NCBI RefSeq assembly: GCF_006345805.1
Contig: NC_043005.1
Span: 9,424,001 to 9,488,000 of the forward strand
Source: Octopus sinensis
Taxonomy: Eukaryota
Length of the DNA stretch: 64,000 bases
Direction: 5' to 3'
Program-made: the position numbers and the translations under genes
Notes under the pieces: model-generated
Told to the model about the DNA's origin: nothing
What the model saw: the letters and a program-made list of their open reading frames with translations, nothing else
Database searches by the model: none
In this document: piece after piece, positions 26,986 to 41,162 of the stretch
How positions within the stretch are numbered: the first letter of the stretch is position 1
Layout of the letters: every line of letters starts with the position of its first letter

Positions 26986-27339
26986 AATATATAGGTAGAT
27001 AGATATTCACAACACGTCAGTGAAATATTATTAGTAGTGAATTTTAGTATTTTGCTACAAAGGTAGTAGCTAAAGAAAGTCATAATTATTACTGTAGGAC
27101 GGCTTAGTTTTGATTAAAGCAATACTTCAGTGTAAATAATTTTTTTTTTCAAAACAAATTCACTGATAAAAATGTAAACAAGAAAATTAATATTGCTTTT
27201 TTAATGTTTTATCGTTTCTTTCTTTTCTTTTCTTTTCTTTTCTTTCTTTTTTTCATTAATGGAGACTCTGTAATGAAACATCAAATGAATTTGTTATTGA
27301 AATAAAAAAAATATAGTAAGAATAAAAACACTACAAACA

Positions 27340-28070
<731 letters not shown>

Positions 28071-28719
28071 CTCATCATTGCGTGTACTAGAAAAGGGCTT
28101 ACAAAAATGGATGAATTATTTTTGTATACAAAAAAAAATATACAAACGAAATAAACTCCCTACACAGGGTCAGTAAGCTTCTCCTTTTTCTCCTCGATTT
28201 ATTTTACCCTCTGCCCTAATCACATCTACTTTTATTCTTTCGAAATCTACTACGAGCGTATTTAACAATTTTTTTTTTAACAGTACAGTCAACCATATTC
28301 TGTGACGAAGGTTTTATTCGATCAGTATTCAATAATGATTTTCTGTTTACCAGTGGTCATCTAGTTTCGCCGTTCGTCTTCAGTATATTCAGTACTTCCG
28401 TCATAGTTTCACTACTTATTCGGATAATTGTAAACTTGAGGCAGACGCAAACTTGGCGAGATGCAAACTTGGCGAGACGCAAACTTGGCGAGGGCATCTC
28501 AACTCTTAACTTACTTTATCTCTTCTTTGATGCATTTTGTATTCTTTTATTGTTTCCTTCGCTAATTTTTCCACAGCACTAAACTTTCCACAACCATAAA
28601 GGATAGTACATCGGTTGTATGTATTGGAGAGTTAAAACGCTTAGTTTCAGGTGCCCTACATGTGGTTATACATGATGCTGGTGATATTGAGGATATTGAT
28701 AAGGGCATACTATGGAACC

Positions 28720-28949
28720 TATTTCTTTATTACCCACAAGAGGCTAAACACAGAGGGGACAAACAAGGACAGACATAGGTAGTAAGTCGATTACATCGAC
28801 CCTAGTGCGTAACTGGTACTTAATTTATCGACCCCGAAATGAAGAAAGGCAAAGTCGACCTGGGCGGAATTTGAACTCACAACGTAACGCAGACGAAATA
28901 CCGCTAAGCATTTCGCCCGGCGTGCTAACGTTTCTGCCAGCTCGCCGCC
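28720..28949 (-). mobile_element. SINE family C monomer with 18-bp TSD
   Basis: TSD AGGGCATACTATGGAACC at 28702-28719 and 28957-28974; head GGCGGCGAGCTGGCAGAAACG, B-box GAGTTCAAATTCC. Confidence 0.92.
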
Positions 28950-29920
28950 TAGGCATAGGGCATACTATGGAACCGATTACACCTCACCGCTTCCTTCTTT
29001 TATTGTTTATGCTCATCAATTCCATATTGTTCCGTGTGAAACTCTTGGGTTAGTCTAGGCAACTGAGGCCGTAGATCTTTTAGGTGCATGATATATAACA
29101 TTGTAATATCTGTCGGAAAATTGTAATGATATTTTTCTCCTTTTGTCAAAGGAAAATCGTCCTTTTTTCTGATCCATACAACCTTTGAAGAGGCTCATGT
29201 ATTTGGTATCAGTGGTTTAGTAAATTTTTAGTAAAGGTTGTGAATATCCGAGAATGTTGTTTCAAACCTGGAAGGGACTGGTACCTTCTCACAAGAAATA
29301 TGACTTCCTTCTTATGGATGAGTTCTTCCATGGCAGTTGATATTTTCCCACATTGCTTTCAAATGGGAGCATTTCTCTGATTTCTTTTCTCTTTATTGCT
29401 TTTTTCTCTTTATTGCTTTCAAATTGGAGCATTTCTCTGAGTTTAAAAAAAATATTTCTATCACTTTCAGCTCCGGTTTGGTCAAAATTCTAACAAATGG
29501 ATAGAGTGGTACTGGTATTGGGTGTGGTGTCACATAAAGCGTTATCGTTGAGATTGTTACTATGGCTGACTCTCATTGTCTTCGTTATAACTGTCAGAAG
29601 GTGATCTCGGTTTCTTGGTGTACTCCTGGGACTGAAGATTGTGCCTTATTGTGTGTTAGGCCCGTCAACCCACCATAACTAGGTCTTTTGTCCTTCGTTT
29701 CGTTTGTTATCCCAGGTGTTATGTGCAGGTGTCTATTTTAGAGGCAAAGTTTGAAGGTTTTGCTTTACAGGGCAAATCGATTTGGGATTAAGTGGAAGTC
29801 ATAGAAATTTGTGTATCAATGATGAACACAACTTTATCTTTATCACCAGCTCTCCCATTCATAGAAATATCTGCCATAGCTCTCTCTCCCTCTCTCTCCC
29901 TCTCTCTCCCTCTCTCTCCC

Positions 29921-29951
<31 letters not shown>

Positions 29952-30596
29952 GAGTCTTCTTTGGATGAAACCAGCTATCATGGCAATAGAATGGTAGCAC
30001 TTCTCAAACTTCGCGCTTTTGAAATCGACATTGAAAGACCGATGCCAAGCTTAAGTTGTTTAATCATTTCAATTTTTTCAATTTCACTCGTTTATTTTCA
30101 AAAGAATAGTTGCAAAATTCTATGTTTTCCTAATGATTGCATAATTATCGCTTGTCTTAATACGTGCATCTGTATTGCTGTGTTTGCAGTGTTCACAAGG
30201 TTTCTAATTGAAATATTCAAAGCAGATGTAAAAATATTAGATATTGTTTTTATGTTTTGTTCATGGTCATTATTATTATTTAGAAGTGCGAATAAAATAC
30301 ATTTGCAATCAAAATACAATTGCTTTTTTTTTCTTTTCTTTTCTTTGTCATTGATCTTTGCTTGTCAAATGTTTTATTTCGTTCAATATCATTTTTCTCC
30401 TTCGGTAAATGATGTAAAAGAATTTGGCAATGTTTTAAGTGCGGGCAATGTGAAAGTAATGAATAATACGAAACTGAAAGTACATAAGTACTTCTTGATT
30501 CAACGAGTCAATATAGGGGGCACTGCAAACTTTGTTTCATAACACTATTTCATCTCTGTGTCTGAGTCGTTGATTAAGGAAGTTGAACGAAGCACC

Positions 30597-30790
30597 CATG
30601 TTTCCATAGATGAATTATTCAAATCCCAAAGAATTCCTCTCAACACATGCTTATGATGCTCTCCCACTACATCTGCTCCTGATCAGAGATGCGCATATCG
30701 TCAGCTACTATGAGACATACTCAACTGGTTAAGGTCAATCCACTGACAAGCAAATCTGGGGTATTTTGCAGAATATTTGTTATAGCCCAC
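30597..30790 (+). mobile_element. Retroposon 3' tail repeat abutting (TTA)n
   Basis: Homologous to the reverse complement of 27643-27855; both copies run into TTA repeats at the same end. Confidence 0.65.
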
Positions 30791-30875
30791 ATTATTATTA
30801 TTATTATAATTATTATTATTATTATTATTATCATTATTATTATTATTATTATTATTATCATTATTATTATTATTA

Positions 30876-30912
<37 letters not shown>

Positions 30913-30919
30913 TATTGTA

Positions 30920-31990
30920 GTTACATAGCTTCTACTGCCGGAGACGTACTATAGTACTAGCTGTTCACTACCAGTGAACTAAGATAACACCCTTATTTTT
31001 CGAGAACCTTCCGGGGTATTCGAGCGCTTCCAAGCAAGCTGTTTTCTTCCAATGCTCCAGCCTTATTGCAGCCCCTATTTGTTCCATGTACTTCTCAAGA
31101 TTTTTACACACTGTTCCTAGGTCTCCGATAATTATTGGTACTATTATCACCTTTTTCATCAGCCAAAACCTCTTAACCTCCCAAGCTAACCTATCATATA
31201 TATATCGACTTTTCTTTCTTCCTTGTCGCATACCTTGTTGTAAGCTGGGGATGATATATCTATGATCCAGCATCATTTGCCGTCTTCCTCAATTAAGGCT
31301 ATGTCTGCTTTCCTATCACATGGTCACATTGAATCTTAAAATCCCATAGGATCTTTGCATTATCCTTTTCGGTGATAACTTCAGTTTTATATTCGAACCA
31401 CTTTTTGGTCTGTCAAGTCCATACTTGTTGCAAAGTGTTCAATTGACAATCTTTTCTATATTTCCATGACACTCCTTATATTCTTTCTGGGCTTGTGGCG
31501 TACATAGACTGGTAATATACCATATGGTTTCACCACTTTGTCCACAAATTCTGCACTTATGACTTTCTGACAGGTTGTCTATTCTGTATTTAATGTAATT
31601 GGTTCTTAATGCTTGCTCATGGGCAGCACAAATTAGAGCCTCAGTTTCCGGTTTTAAATCACATTTAGTCATCCACAGCCATCTTTTTCTCTGTCTGTCT
31701 AATCTTCAACATCCCTATGAAATTGCTCAAGGCATTCTTTTCTTTACGCGCCTATTTTCAGTTTCATTCATTCTCAAGTGCTTGTACAGTGCATTATCTT
31801 TGTAATCTTCCATCCTACACAAGCCTAACATTCTTACTTCCAATAATAGTGGTTCGGTGGCATTTTCTACATACCATGCCATGCTGTTTTCTTCTGCTCT
31901 AATGCTGTGTTCGCATCCAATCAGTCCTCTCCGCATTCTTTTCCTGGGTATATACAGTCTGTATTTGTCACTTTTTAGGTGGAGTATCAA
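30920..31990 (-). mobile_element. 5'-truncated R4/Dong-clade (RLE) non-LTR retrotransposon, decayed
   Basis: RLYIPRK...RGLI; LKPETEALICAAHEQALRTN; CRICGQSGETIWYITSLC knuckle; KVIIVPIIIGDLG endonuclease tail; (TAA)n on both sides in element orientation. Confidence 0.85.
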
Positions 31991-31991
31991 A

Positions 31992-32045
<54 letters not shown>

Positions 32046-32070
32046 CATTATCATTGTTATTATTATTATT

Positions 32071-32262
32071 AAGAGAGTGCGCCGGGAAAATAGCTTGGTA
32101 GCATTTCATCCGTCTTTAAGTTCTGAAATCAAATTCTGCCGCGGTTGACTTTGCCTTCCATCATTTCGGGGTCGATAAAATAAGTACCAGTTGAACACTG
32201 GAGTCGATGTAATCGACTCATCTTCTCCCCACAAATTACTGCCCTTGTGGCAAAATTTGAAA
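32071..32262 (+). mobile_element. SINE family C, diverged
   Basis: TTCTGCCGCGGTTGACTTTGCC...GGGGTCGATAAAATAAGTACCAG. Confidence 0.75.
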
Positions 32263-32921
32263 ATTATTATTATTATTGTTATTGACAGTCGCTGTTTTGT
32301 ATACTTCCATATTTATTATAAAGGTGAGAATCTTCAATTGAACCAAGGTAAATATATATATATATATTATATATATATATATGAGCAAACAGGAAAGTAA
32401 GGAAAGAAGAAAAAACAATAAGTGGAGAAAATATGGTATAGAAAAGATTATTTTCCTACAGAGTAGTAACAAGCGATAAGTGAAAATTAAATTATGCATT
32501 GGAAAGAGAAATGTCATTCGCACAGATGTAAACAGTGAATATCGAATAAATGTGTGGGAACGTGTGCGCGGTGTGTGTAAGTGCGAGTGCACACATAACA
32601 AATTGAAACTTCTACAGTTACCTTATGTAAATATATAGTGAGAAGTGTCTGCATTCATGTATGTGTGGTTGTGCGTATATATATATTCACAGACACGCAC
32701 TCATTCACACGCATACATTCACACTTACACACACATATATATATATATATTCATATGTATATATAAATGTGTTCTTACTTGAAATTATGTATCAAAACAA
32801 TTTAACAATAAAATGAAGGTTTATTTAGTACTTTTTGGTGGAGTGCACGTGTATTGATTTCTGCACGGAAAATGTTGACAGTGAATTCGAATCTACGTAT
32901 TTTGATATGATAAATCACTCA

Positions 32922-33042
<121 letters not shown>

Positions 33043-33051
33043 GTGCATACG

Positions 33052-33096
<45 letters not shown>

Positions 33097-33728
33097 GTAT
33101 ATATATATGTATATATATATACATATATACATGTGCATTGGCTTTCCTTTGTGCATGATTCGTTAACTGTACATAATTTATGTAGTGTATAAGCCTCAGT
33201 GAATCACGTGTACGAATATTTGCATATTGACTTTTAAATGTTAAATTGATGCCAGGAGTGAGTATAAAATATATTTATAATGGAATCGCATTTAATACTT
33301 GCATAATGCAATTGTAGATGTTCCAATAAGTACATGCGCGCGCGCAAATACACACACACACAGACAAATGCACACACACGAACATACACAGCACACACTT
33401 ACAGAGATATACAAAGTATGTCTCTGAATACATCCATAAATGTTCATAAATCACTCACTCATAGTGACTGGCATATACAAATATAAAGATTTTGTGATTG
33501 TGTATGTATATATTTATATACTCACATCTAATTCTTTGTGTCTTTGTGTATGCTTACATATATATATATATATATATATATTTATTTATTATATAAGCGA
33601 AGTAATAGATTTTTATTTCATTAGATGACTACTGTTTCATAACCTGTATTAGTTACATAAGCGACGCTACTTCATGCGTTATACATATATATATATATAA
33701 ATATAACTAAGTATACATATGACTATAT

Positions 33729-33773
<45 letters not shown>

Positions 33774-33821
33774 TACATACACATACATACATACACATAC
33801 ATACGCACACACATATATATA

Positions 33822-34224
33822 CTCTTTACTCTTTTACTTGTTTCAGTCATTTGACTGCGGCCATGCTGGAGCACCGACTTTAGTCGAGCAAATCGATCCC
33901 GGAACTTATTCTTTGTAAGCCCAGTACTTATTCCATCGGTCTCTTTTGCCGAACCGCTAAGTAACGGGGACATAAACACACCAGCATCGGTTGTCAAGCT
34001 AGGGGAACAAACACAGACACACAAGCACATACACACACATACATATATATATACATATATACGACAGGCTTCTTTTAGTTTCCGTCTACCAAATCCACTC
34101 ACAAGGCATTGGTCGGCCCGGAGCTATAGCAGAAGACACTTGCTCAAGATGCCACGCAGTGGGACTGAACCCGGAATCATGTGGTTGGTAAGCAAGTTAC
34201 TTACCACACAGCCACTCCTGCGCC
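33822..34224 (-). mobile_element. SINE family A, full length
   Basis: Matches 345-758. Confidence 0.9.
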
Positions 34225-34409
34225 TATGTATATAAATATATATATTGCTTCCAAATTTGTGTAAATGTGTATAGTCTAACATATCAGTTGAAGCATTTTA
34301 AAACATGGTCTGGCTTCCACGTTTGTTATTATGATATTTAAAATAATATAAATTTTCTGACAGTGTTGAATTTTATTTTGAACATTAAAATAAATATTGC
34401 GTAATGTTC

Positions 34410-35210
34410 ATAAAGTTCAATTCGCGCTTTCATACGTTTGTAGTAATCATCAGATTTCAATATGTATTCAACTGACAGTTCTTGACAACCGTAGTGAAAT
34501 GACTAGCTTCATCCTTTTTGTATCTCTTAGAGGGCTCGAACAAGCCAAAGTTTTGGAATATTATTTTGACCAGTCCGCATGCAACTCTAAACAACCTGTT
34601 TTCCGGGCTTATCGATATTACTGGCATATTTCCTGCCATTATGTTAACCAATTTGCTTGCGGTTTACATGTAATGGTTTTATGAGTGAGCAAACCTAATT
34701 GGTTTCGATCGCTTTTATTTCAATTGGTGGGAGTCTTCTGTAGTTTGCTTGTATTTATACGTTACAGATACATTTTAATCTACATCAGTAACTGGTTGCT
34801 GTATTATTGTTATTATTTCCGTTCAGAGCAGGTGTGAACATTTCAATAAACCGTTTTCCTTTTATCTCTCTTCCAATATCACTTGTGACATGTAGGAAAA
34901 ATTAGGGAAGGAAATTGTGGGAAGGAAATTGTGGGAAGGAAATTGTGGGAAGGAAAAATTAGAAACATTTTCTGACCACATGTTTCTATATACCTCCGCT
35001 GAATGGAATTTGGTGAAAATTATTGTTCCGCATTTGTTGTCTGTGAACTCGTGAGCGTTCCGATAATGTATTCCGTGTCTCGCCAATTTGTAGTTCCTCA
35101 AAATTCGTGCATTTAATGCAGCAAATCAATTTTTTGTCTTTGCAGTTCATATCTGCATTTCCGAAAATCCGTCCATATTTTCCTCTAATGGATCTACCAG
35201 TATGCATGCA
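34410..35210 (-). mobile_element. Penelope-like element 3' relic with GIY-YIG endonuclease
   Basis: NCKDKKLICCIKC...QIGETRNTLSERSRVHRQQ...QIPFS, then IETCGQKMFLIF and KRFIEMFTPALN*. Interrupted by a 14-bp tandem repeat at 34905-34960. Degenerate CTGATGA...GAAAGCGC at 34415-34460. Confidence 0.75.
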
Positions 35211-35454
35211 TTGACGCGTTCCACATCTGTTATAATTACACTCGAATACTGTAAATGTTTTATTCTGTTTGTTTATGTTGAATATTGCCTTTATTAATAA
35301 TTTGTTTAGGTTATGCAGTTGTCTTTTGCTTAAGATAAGTCTTTGATGTTTTTTTGTTTTTTAATGTTTCACTTCGTTTCATCCGTGCCAAATTTGTTTT
35401 GATATTAAAAATGTTTTGGTGATGCTTACTACCCAGCTTTATTGTCCAATCTCA

Positions 35455-35535
35455 CCGCGTGGCACCTTGAATATAGCCTCGGTCCGACCAAAGCCTTGCG
35501 AGTGGATTTGGTAGACAGAAACTGAAACTCATCGT
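35455..35535 (+). mobile_element. SINE family A, internal fragment
   Basis: GCGTGGCACCTTG...CCGACCAAAGCCTTGCGAGTGGATTTGGTAGAC. Confidence 0.75.
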
Positions 35536-35550
35536 ATACACGCACACATG

Positions 35551-35620
<70 letters not shown>

Positions 35621-35677
35621 ATATAATACATATATATATATGTATATATACGTATATGTATATATATACATATACGG

Positions 35678-35941
35678 GCTGCGTGTTGTGTTCTTGAGCA
35701 AGGCACTTTATTTCATGTTGCTCCAGTTCACTCAACTGTAGAAATGAGTTGCGACGTCACAGGTGCCAAGCTGTATTGGCCTTTGCCTTTCCCTTGGATA
35801 ACACTGGTGGCGTGGAGAGGGGAGGCTGGTATGCATGGGCGACTGCTGGTTTTCCATAAACAACCTTGCCCGGACTTGTGTCTAGGAGGGTAACTTTCTA
35901 GGTGCAATCCCATGGTCATTCATGACCGAAGTGGGTCTTTA
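35678..35941 (+). mobile_element. SINE family E, 5'-truncated
   Basis: TTGTGTTCTTGAGCAAGGCACTT...TTGCTCCAGTTCACTCAACTG resembles the central domain of family D; distinct 3' part. Confidence 0.6.
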
Positions 35942-36410
35942 TTTCAAAAATTAAAATATATCGTTCTTAACTCTATGTGGTTGTGATTCGCCTATAATAG
36001 AGGAAACAAGTTCATAATCAATCGATTTATCAAGCAAGCATCAATAGAAAAGTAACTAAAGATGTAAAATTCGTTTTCAAACTAATTCTAGATTTCAAGT
36101 ATGGTTATTATATCTGCCTTTTTAACTATTTCAGGTAGATCCATTATATGCATTGACATTTACAAGTGACCGTACGGAATATTTATATATAACATTCTTA
36201 AAATGACAACAACCAAGAAGTGGACAGGGTAGTACAATTCAACAATTGCCCAGTCACTTTATTCCATCGGATACATTATAAATACTGTTTACAGTCGTAC
36301 TTAGATGAATCCATATATATTCGTATGAGTGTGTGTGTGTATAAGCAAACGATGATATAGATTCATCAGGGCATTTCAAATACCGATGACCTACTATTTA
36401 TGAATATATA

Positions 36411-36576
36411 GGCGCAGGAGTGGCTGTGTGGTAAGTAGCTTGCTAACCAACCTCATGGTTCCGGGTTCAGTCCCACTGCGTGGCATCTTGGGCAAGTGTC
36501 TTCTGCTATAGCCCCGGCACGACCAATGCCTTGTGAGTAAATTTGGTAGACGGAAACTGAAAGAAGCCTGTCGTAC

Positions 36577-36607
<31 letters not shown>

Positions 36608-36624
36608 ATATATATATATATATC

Positions 36625-36659
<35 letters not shown>

Positions 36660-36878
36660 GTGTGTGTGTTTGTGTGTCTGTGTTTGTCCCCCTTGCATTG
36701 CTTGACAACCGATGCTGGTGTGTTTACGTCCCCGTCACTTAGCGGTTCGGCAAAAGAGACCGATAGAATAAGTACTGGGCTTACAAAGAATAAGTCCCGG
36801 GGTCGATTTGCTCGACTAAAGGCGGTGCTCCAGCATGGCCGCAGTCAAATGGCTGAAACAAGTAAAAGAGTAAAAGAG
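36411..36878 (+). mobile_element. SINE family A, full length
   Basis: GGCGCAGGAGTGGCTGTGTGG...AAGTAAAAGAGTAAAAGAG. Confidence 0.92.
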
Positions 36879-36919
36879 ATACTATTGTGATATAGATATT
36901 TGGTGCGGGAGATGGTGTG

Positions 36920-37213
36920 AATGTGTGTGAATATGTTCATGTGAATGGATATATACGGATGTGTATGATGATGTTATATGAGGTGTTTGTGAGTATGCTG
37001 ATACCATTAGCATCGGTCCTAGAATGACATTTCCGTCCTTCTGAACCAGCCGTGCATGAACGTCCAACAGTTTAGGCAGCATCGCTATGCGCCTACGTAC
37101 CTTTAATTAAATAACGACATTGTCTTTAACGAAACTGGCCTCTCATCTTTATATTTATACACTTATTTGTTTTCGTATTTCATGTTGTTTACGGTCTGCG
37201 ATGTCCTGTGCCC

Positions 37214-37249
<36 letters not shown>

Positions 37250-37429
37250 ATGTTCATGTGAATGGATATATATGGATGTGTATGAGGATGTTATATGAGG
37301 ATGTTATATGAGTTTTTAGTGAGTATGCTGATACCGTTAGCATCGGTCTTGGAATGACATTTCAGTCCTTCTGAACCAGCCGTGCGTGAAGGTCCAACAG
37401 TTGTTTACTGTCTGTGATGTCCTGTGCCC

Positions 37430-37475
<46 letters not shown>
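36920..37475 (+). repeat. Older imperfect tandem duplication (~320-bp period)
   Basis: GAATATGTTCATGTGAATGG...GTCCAACAGTT occurs at about 36930 and 37247; GATGTCCTGTGCCCATAT occurs at about 37200 and 37416. Confidence 0.85.
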
Positions 37476-37483
<8 letters not shown>

Positions 37484-37714
37484 GTATAGTTTTGGTATAT
37501 TTTGTTACGAACGTAGTAGAGCACAGTATAAAGCTCGACCACCTTCAGATTCCACCCCGTGCTACCCACTAGTAGTATTATACATACTTCCAGGTTTGCT
37601 TTCAGGCATCTGTCGTGTGTGAATAGATAACGGGAAAAAAATGGAAAAACTTTGTGTGTATATGAGTGGGAGTACATACCTGTATATGTGTGTGTGTGTG
37701 TGTATGTATATATG

Positions 37715-37769
<55 letters not shown>

Positions 37770-37799
37770 ATGTATGTATGTGTATATATATATTTTTTG

Positions 37800-38192
37800 C
37801 ACTTGTATCAGTCATTTGACTGCGGCCATGCTGGAGCACCGCCTTTAGTCGAGCAGCTCGACCCCGGGACTTATTCTTTGTAAGCCCAGTACTTATTCTA
37901 TCGGGCACTTTTTGCCGAACCGCTAAGTAACGGGGACATAAACACACCAGCATCGGTTGTCAAGCAATGCTAGGGGTACAAACACAGACGCACAAACACA
38001 CACACGCACACATATATATGTATACATATACATATATACGACAGGCTTCTTTCAGTTTCCGTCTTCCAAATCCACTCACAAGGCATTGGTCGGCCCGGGG
38101 CTATAGCAGAAGACACTTGCCCAAGATGCCACGCAGTGGGACTGAACCCGGAACCATGTGGTTGGTAAGCAAGCTACTTAGCAAACAGCCAC
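37800..38192 (-). mobile_element. SINE family A, near full length
   Basis: Inverted relative to 36411-36878. Confidence 0.9.
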
Positions 38193-38275
38193 TTAAATAT
38201 AAATATATATATATATTTATAAACGGGAGTATGTGTGAGTGTCTCTGTGCATGTGTGTGTGTTCGTCTGTGCTTA

Positions 38276-38312
<37 letters not shown>

Positions 38313-38811
38313 ATGTGTCCGAGCGTTAATGCGTATATAGATGTATATGTGAACGACTACGTGTATTTAAGTATAGGCCGATTTGTAAAGGTCAGCTAAG
38401 GACAATCGCATGTGTAAACATCGATGAAGAAAGAAACAGTAGAAACAAATAAAATGGCAACTCCTTTAAAACGGCAATCACTTTAACTATAGCAGAATCG
38501 CCATCCCACTACATCTACACATCAGAACGGTCCCTCAGCAACTCTACACCGTGATAAACTGATACTATTAAATTGAGGCTACGACAGACAGAGAGGATGT
38601 TCTTGAAGCCGAGAATGTGAAGTTACGGAAACATTTTTTATATATCGCCTGTGGAAACAGAACTAGATCTCATAATGCAGGGAAACAGTTGCATAATCGA
38701 GTACCTGAACATCTGGAGAACTACATGGCGTGGAAACAATTGTAGCGCTCCTTGTTGACATTATATATATTATATATAGTCTTTCAACTATATATATATA
38801 TATATATATAT

Positions 38812-39016
38812 ACCGGAGTAAACACATAAATGTGAAACAAGGTGGAAAAAAGAGTACTCAAATACCAGTGGTAGAGTAATATGCTTTATTTAAAGCAGCA
38901 GAAAATTCAACAAAACATGTTACTCTGAGTTTCCCGTTGCAAAAGCTGTCCGATGAACGGCAACGGGAAACTCAGAGTAACAGGTTTTGTTGAATTTTCT
39001 GCTGCTTTAAATAAAG
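38812..39016. mobile_element. PLE-type mini-element (HH-C) forming a 57-bp-arm palindrome
   Basis: Arms 38884-38940 and 38960-39016 with one mismatch; hammerhead-like CTGT-CCGATGA-ACGGCAACGG-GAAAC-TC-AGAG at 38946-38977. Confidence 0.65.
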
Positions 39017-39087
39017 TGTATATATATTTATATATAAGGTCCGTAAACACACATACTTAAACATACACATGCACAGATGTACATATA

Positions 39088-39358
39088 GAGAATTGAGAGA
39101 CAGAACCTCCATCAAAGTAATTCAATTAATAATAAAAGATATAATCTATAATAAAATATAAATTTAAATATATTATTAATATTGCACTAAAAATTACTAT
39201 ACTAAATAATACACATTAAGTCAACTTAATGTATATTATTTAGTATAGTTATTTTTAGTACAGTATTAATAATATATTCAAATTTATATTTTATTATAGA
39301 TAATATCTTTTATTATTAATTGAATTACTTTGATGGAGGTTCTGTCTCTCAATTCTCT
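39088..39358. mobile_element. Foldback MITE, whole-element palindrome, TA TSD
   Basis: TA|GAGAATTGAGAGACAGAACC...GGTTCTGTCTCTCAATTCTC|TA; ~134-bp arms; 2-nt centre near 39222. Confidence 0.85.
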
Positions 39359-39447
39359 ATATATATATACATCGTGAAATTTGATTTAGTATCACTAAAT
39401 TGAGTTTGTTTTCTCCTGTTGCGTTGGAATTTTGTATTCCCTATTAT

Positions 39448-39487
<40 letters not shown>

Positions 39488-39869
39488 TTAAAATTGTATA
39501 ATACAGCAGCATTTTCGAACTTCATTTTTTACAAATATATATATATATATATATTATATATATTATATATATATGTATATGTTTTCTATATATATTTATT
39601 TTTATATTTTTTTATATATATATATTTATATTTTTTTATATATTTATTATTCTAGATGTTATAATGCTATAAATCTTTTTTTAGTTACTAAAGTATTAAT
39701 TATTAATTTTTAATCGCGATAGACTGTACTCACGCGTTTCTCTTATATGCTTGTCTAAATTAATTATGCTTCATCTTCTGGATTTATGCCTCTATATTCT
39801 ATGTATAAGAAAATGCATTATGTTCGAGATGTGATATGTTAGCTGGATGTCCTTATATCTGTTGTTTGT

Positions 39870-39882
<13 letters not shown>

Positions 39883-39906
<24 letters not shown>

Positions 39907-40289
39907 CAAGCTGAATTTCTCTGTGTATGGCAGGTTTTGTAGCCTTCAACTAACACTATCTCCTCCGAGACCCTGCGGCGCAAGTTAACCAGAATTGAAA
40001 GTATGATAGAGGAACGCTTGCTTTTCCTTTTGTTGTAAAAAAATTCAAATCGGACCATGTTAACACCAAAAAATATTTACATCAAAAAAGTGCTTTTTTT
40101 TCTATAAAAAAACCCCCTTATTTTCACGATTTTCTGATTTGTGTGACGCCATTTTTCGGTGTATTTCAACCAGAAAAATGTTCTCTTAAAGAGAATAATA
40201 AGCTACATAATGCAAAAGTTTTACTTTTCAAAAATTCCAATTCTAAAGGGTCGGAAACAAACCCGAGCAACGCCGGGCGATACTACTAA
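39883..40289 (+). mobile_element. Non-autonomous Helitron, second subfamily
   Basis: Same 3' end ACCCGAGCAACGCCGGGCGATACT-ACTAA|T with a different internal sequence; the 5' boundary lies in (TC)/(TA)n and is approximate. Confidence 0.75.
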
Positions 40290-40821
40290 TATATATATAT
40301 AGTTTAAGAAATAATTTATGGTACGTTGCGTCATGTTGCCAAATATATTAGCACTCTGTATCTAAATCACACTGCACACTCAATCTCCAGTTGCACTCAA
40401 AATAATTTTTAAACTCCATATCGTTAGATTTAGGCTACAGAGAAGAAAACAATCTCATAAAGCCTAAATTATCGCAGATTAATTATACACCAGACAATAT
40501 CATAACATTCAAATATCTTATAAAATTAAGCTACCCTCTTCTGAAATAACCAATCTTCCTACAACGTTATAAAATTAGCCGAATATTCTATGTTACTCAT
40601 AGGGAATGGAATTCGTGTTTATCTTCTCTGAGGGTAGTTAATAACATTGGGAAACTGTTCGCCAAATGAATTCTCTATTTTTATGCATATCGAAATCATA
40701 CAATATCATGTGTACAAACCTATTCTTTGCACAACTAAAACATTTCCTCGTATCTAAATTTGATTCCCTCCTCCTACTTAAACACCTCGAAAGTAAGATT
40801 TGTTGTGCTATATATATATAA

Positions 40822-40858
<37 letters not shown>

Positions 40859-41123
40859 CATATATATATATATAATTATTATTTGAGGGAATATTATTCC
40901 TAACTTACAGGGAAAAATTCAATTTAGAAAAGCTAAAGTAAATTTCACAAAATATAATATATATAAAAAATTAGAAAAAAAACCCCATCTTTTAGCAATT
41001 CAAAATGAACAATTAAATTACACCATCTAGAAAATGACATATAACAGAAATATTAAAAATGAAATATCAATAGTATAGCAATGATTAAGTAAAATGCAAA
41101 ATAATAATAAAAACGTATATACT

Positions 41124-41162
<39 letters not shown>

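Noticed and set aside
28440-28495. 16-bp x3 tandem repeat, and the 14-bp x3 repeat at 34905-34960
   Set aside because: Ordinary slippage duplications inside decayed elements.
29040-29560. Second PLE ORF relic on the minus strand
   Set aside because: Only vague similarity, with several frameshifts needed; not supportable without a profile search.
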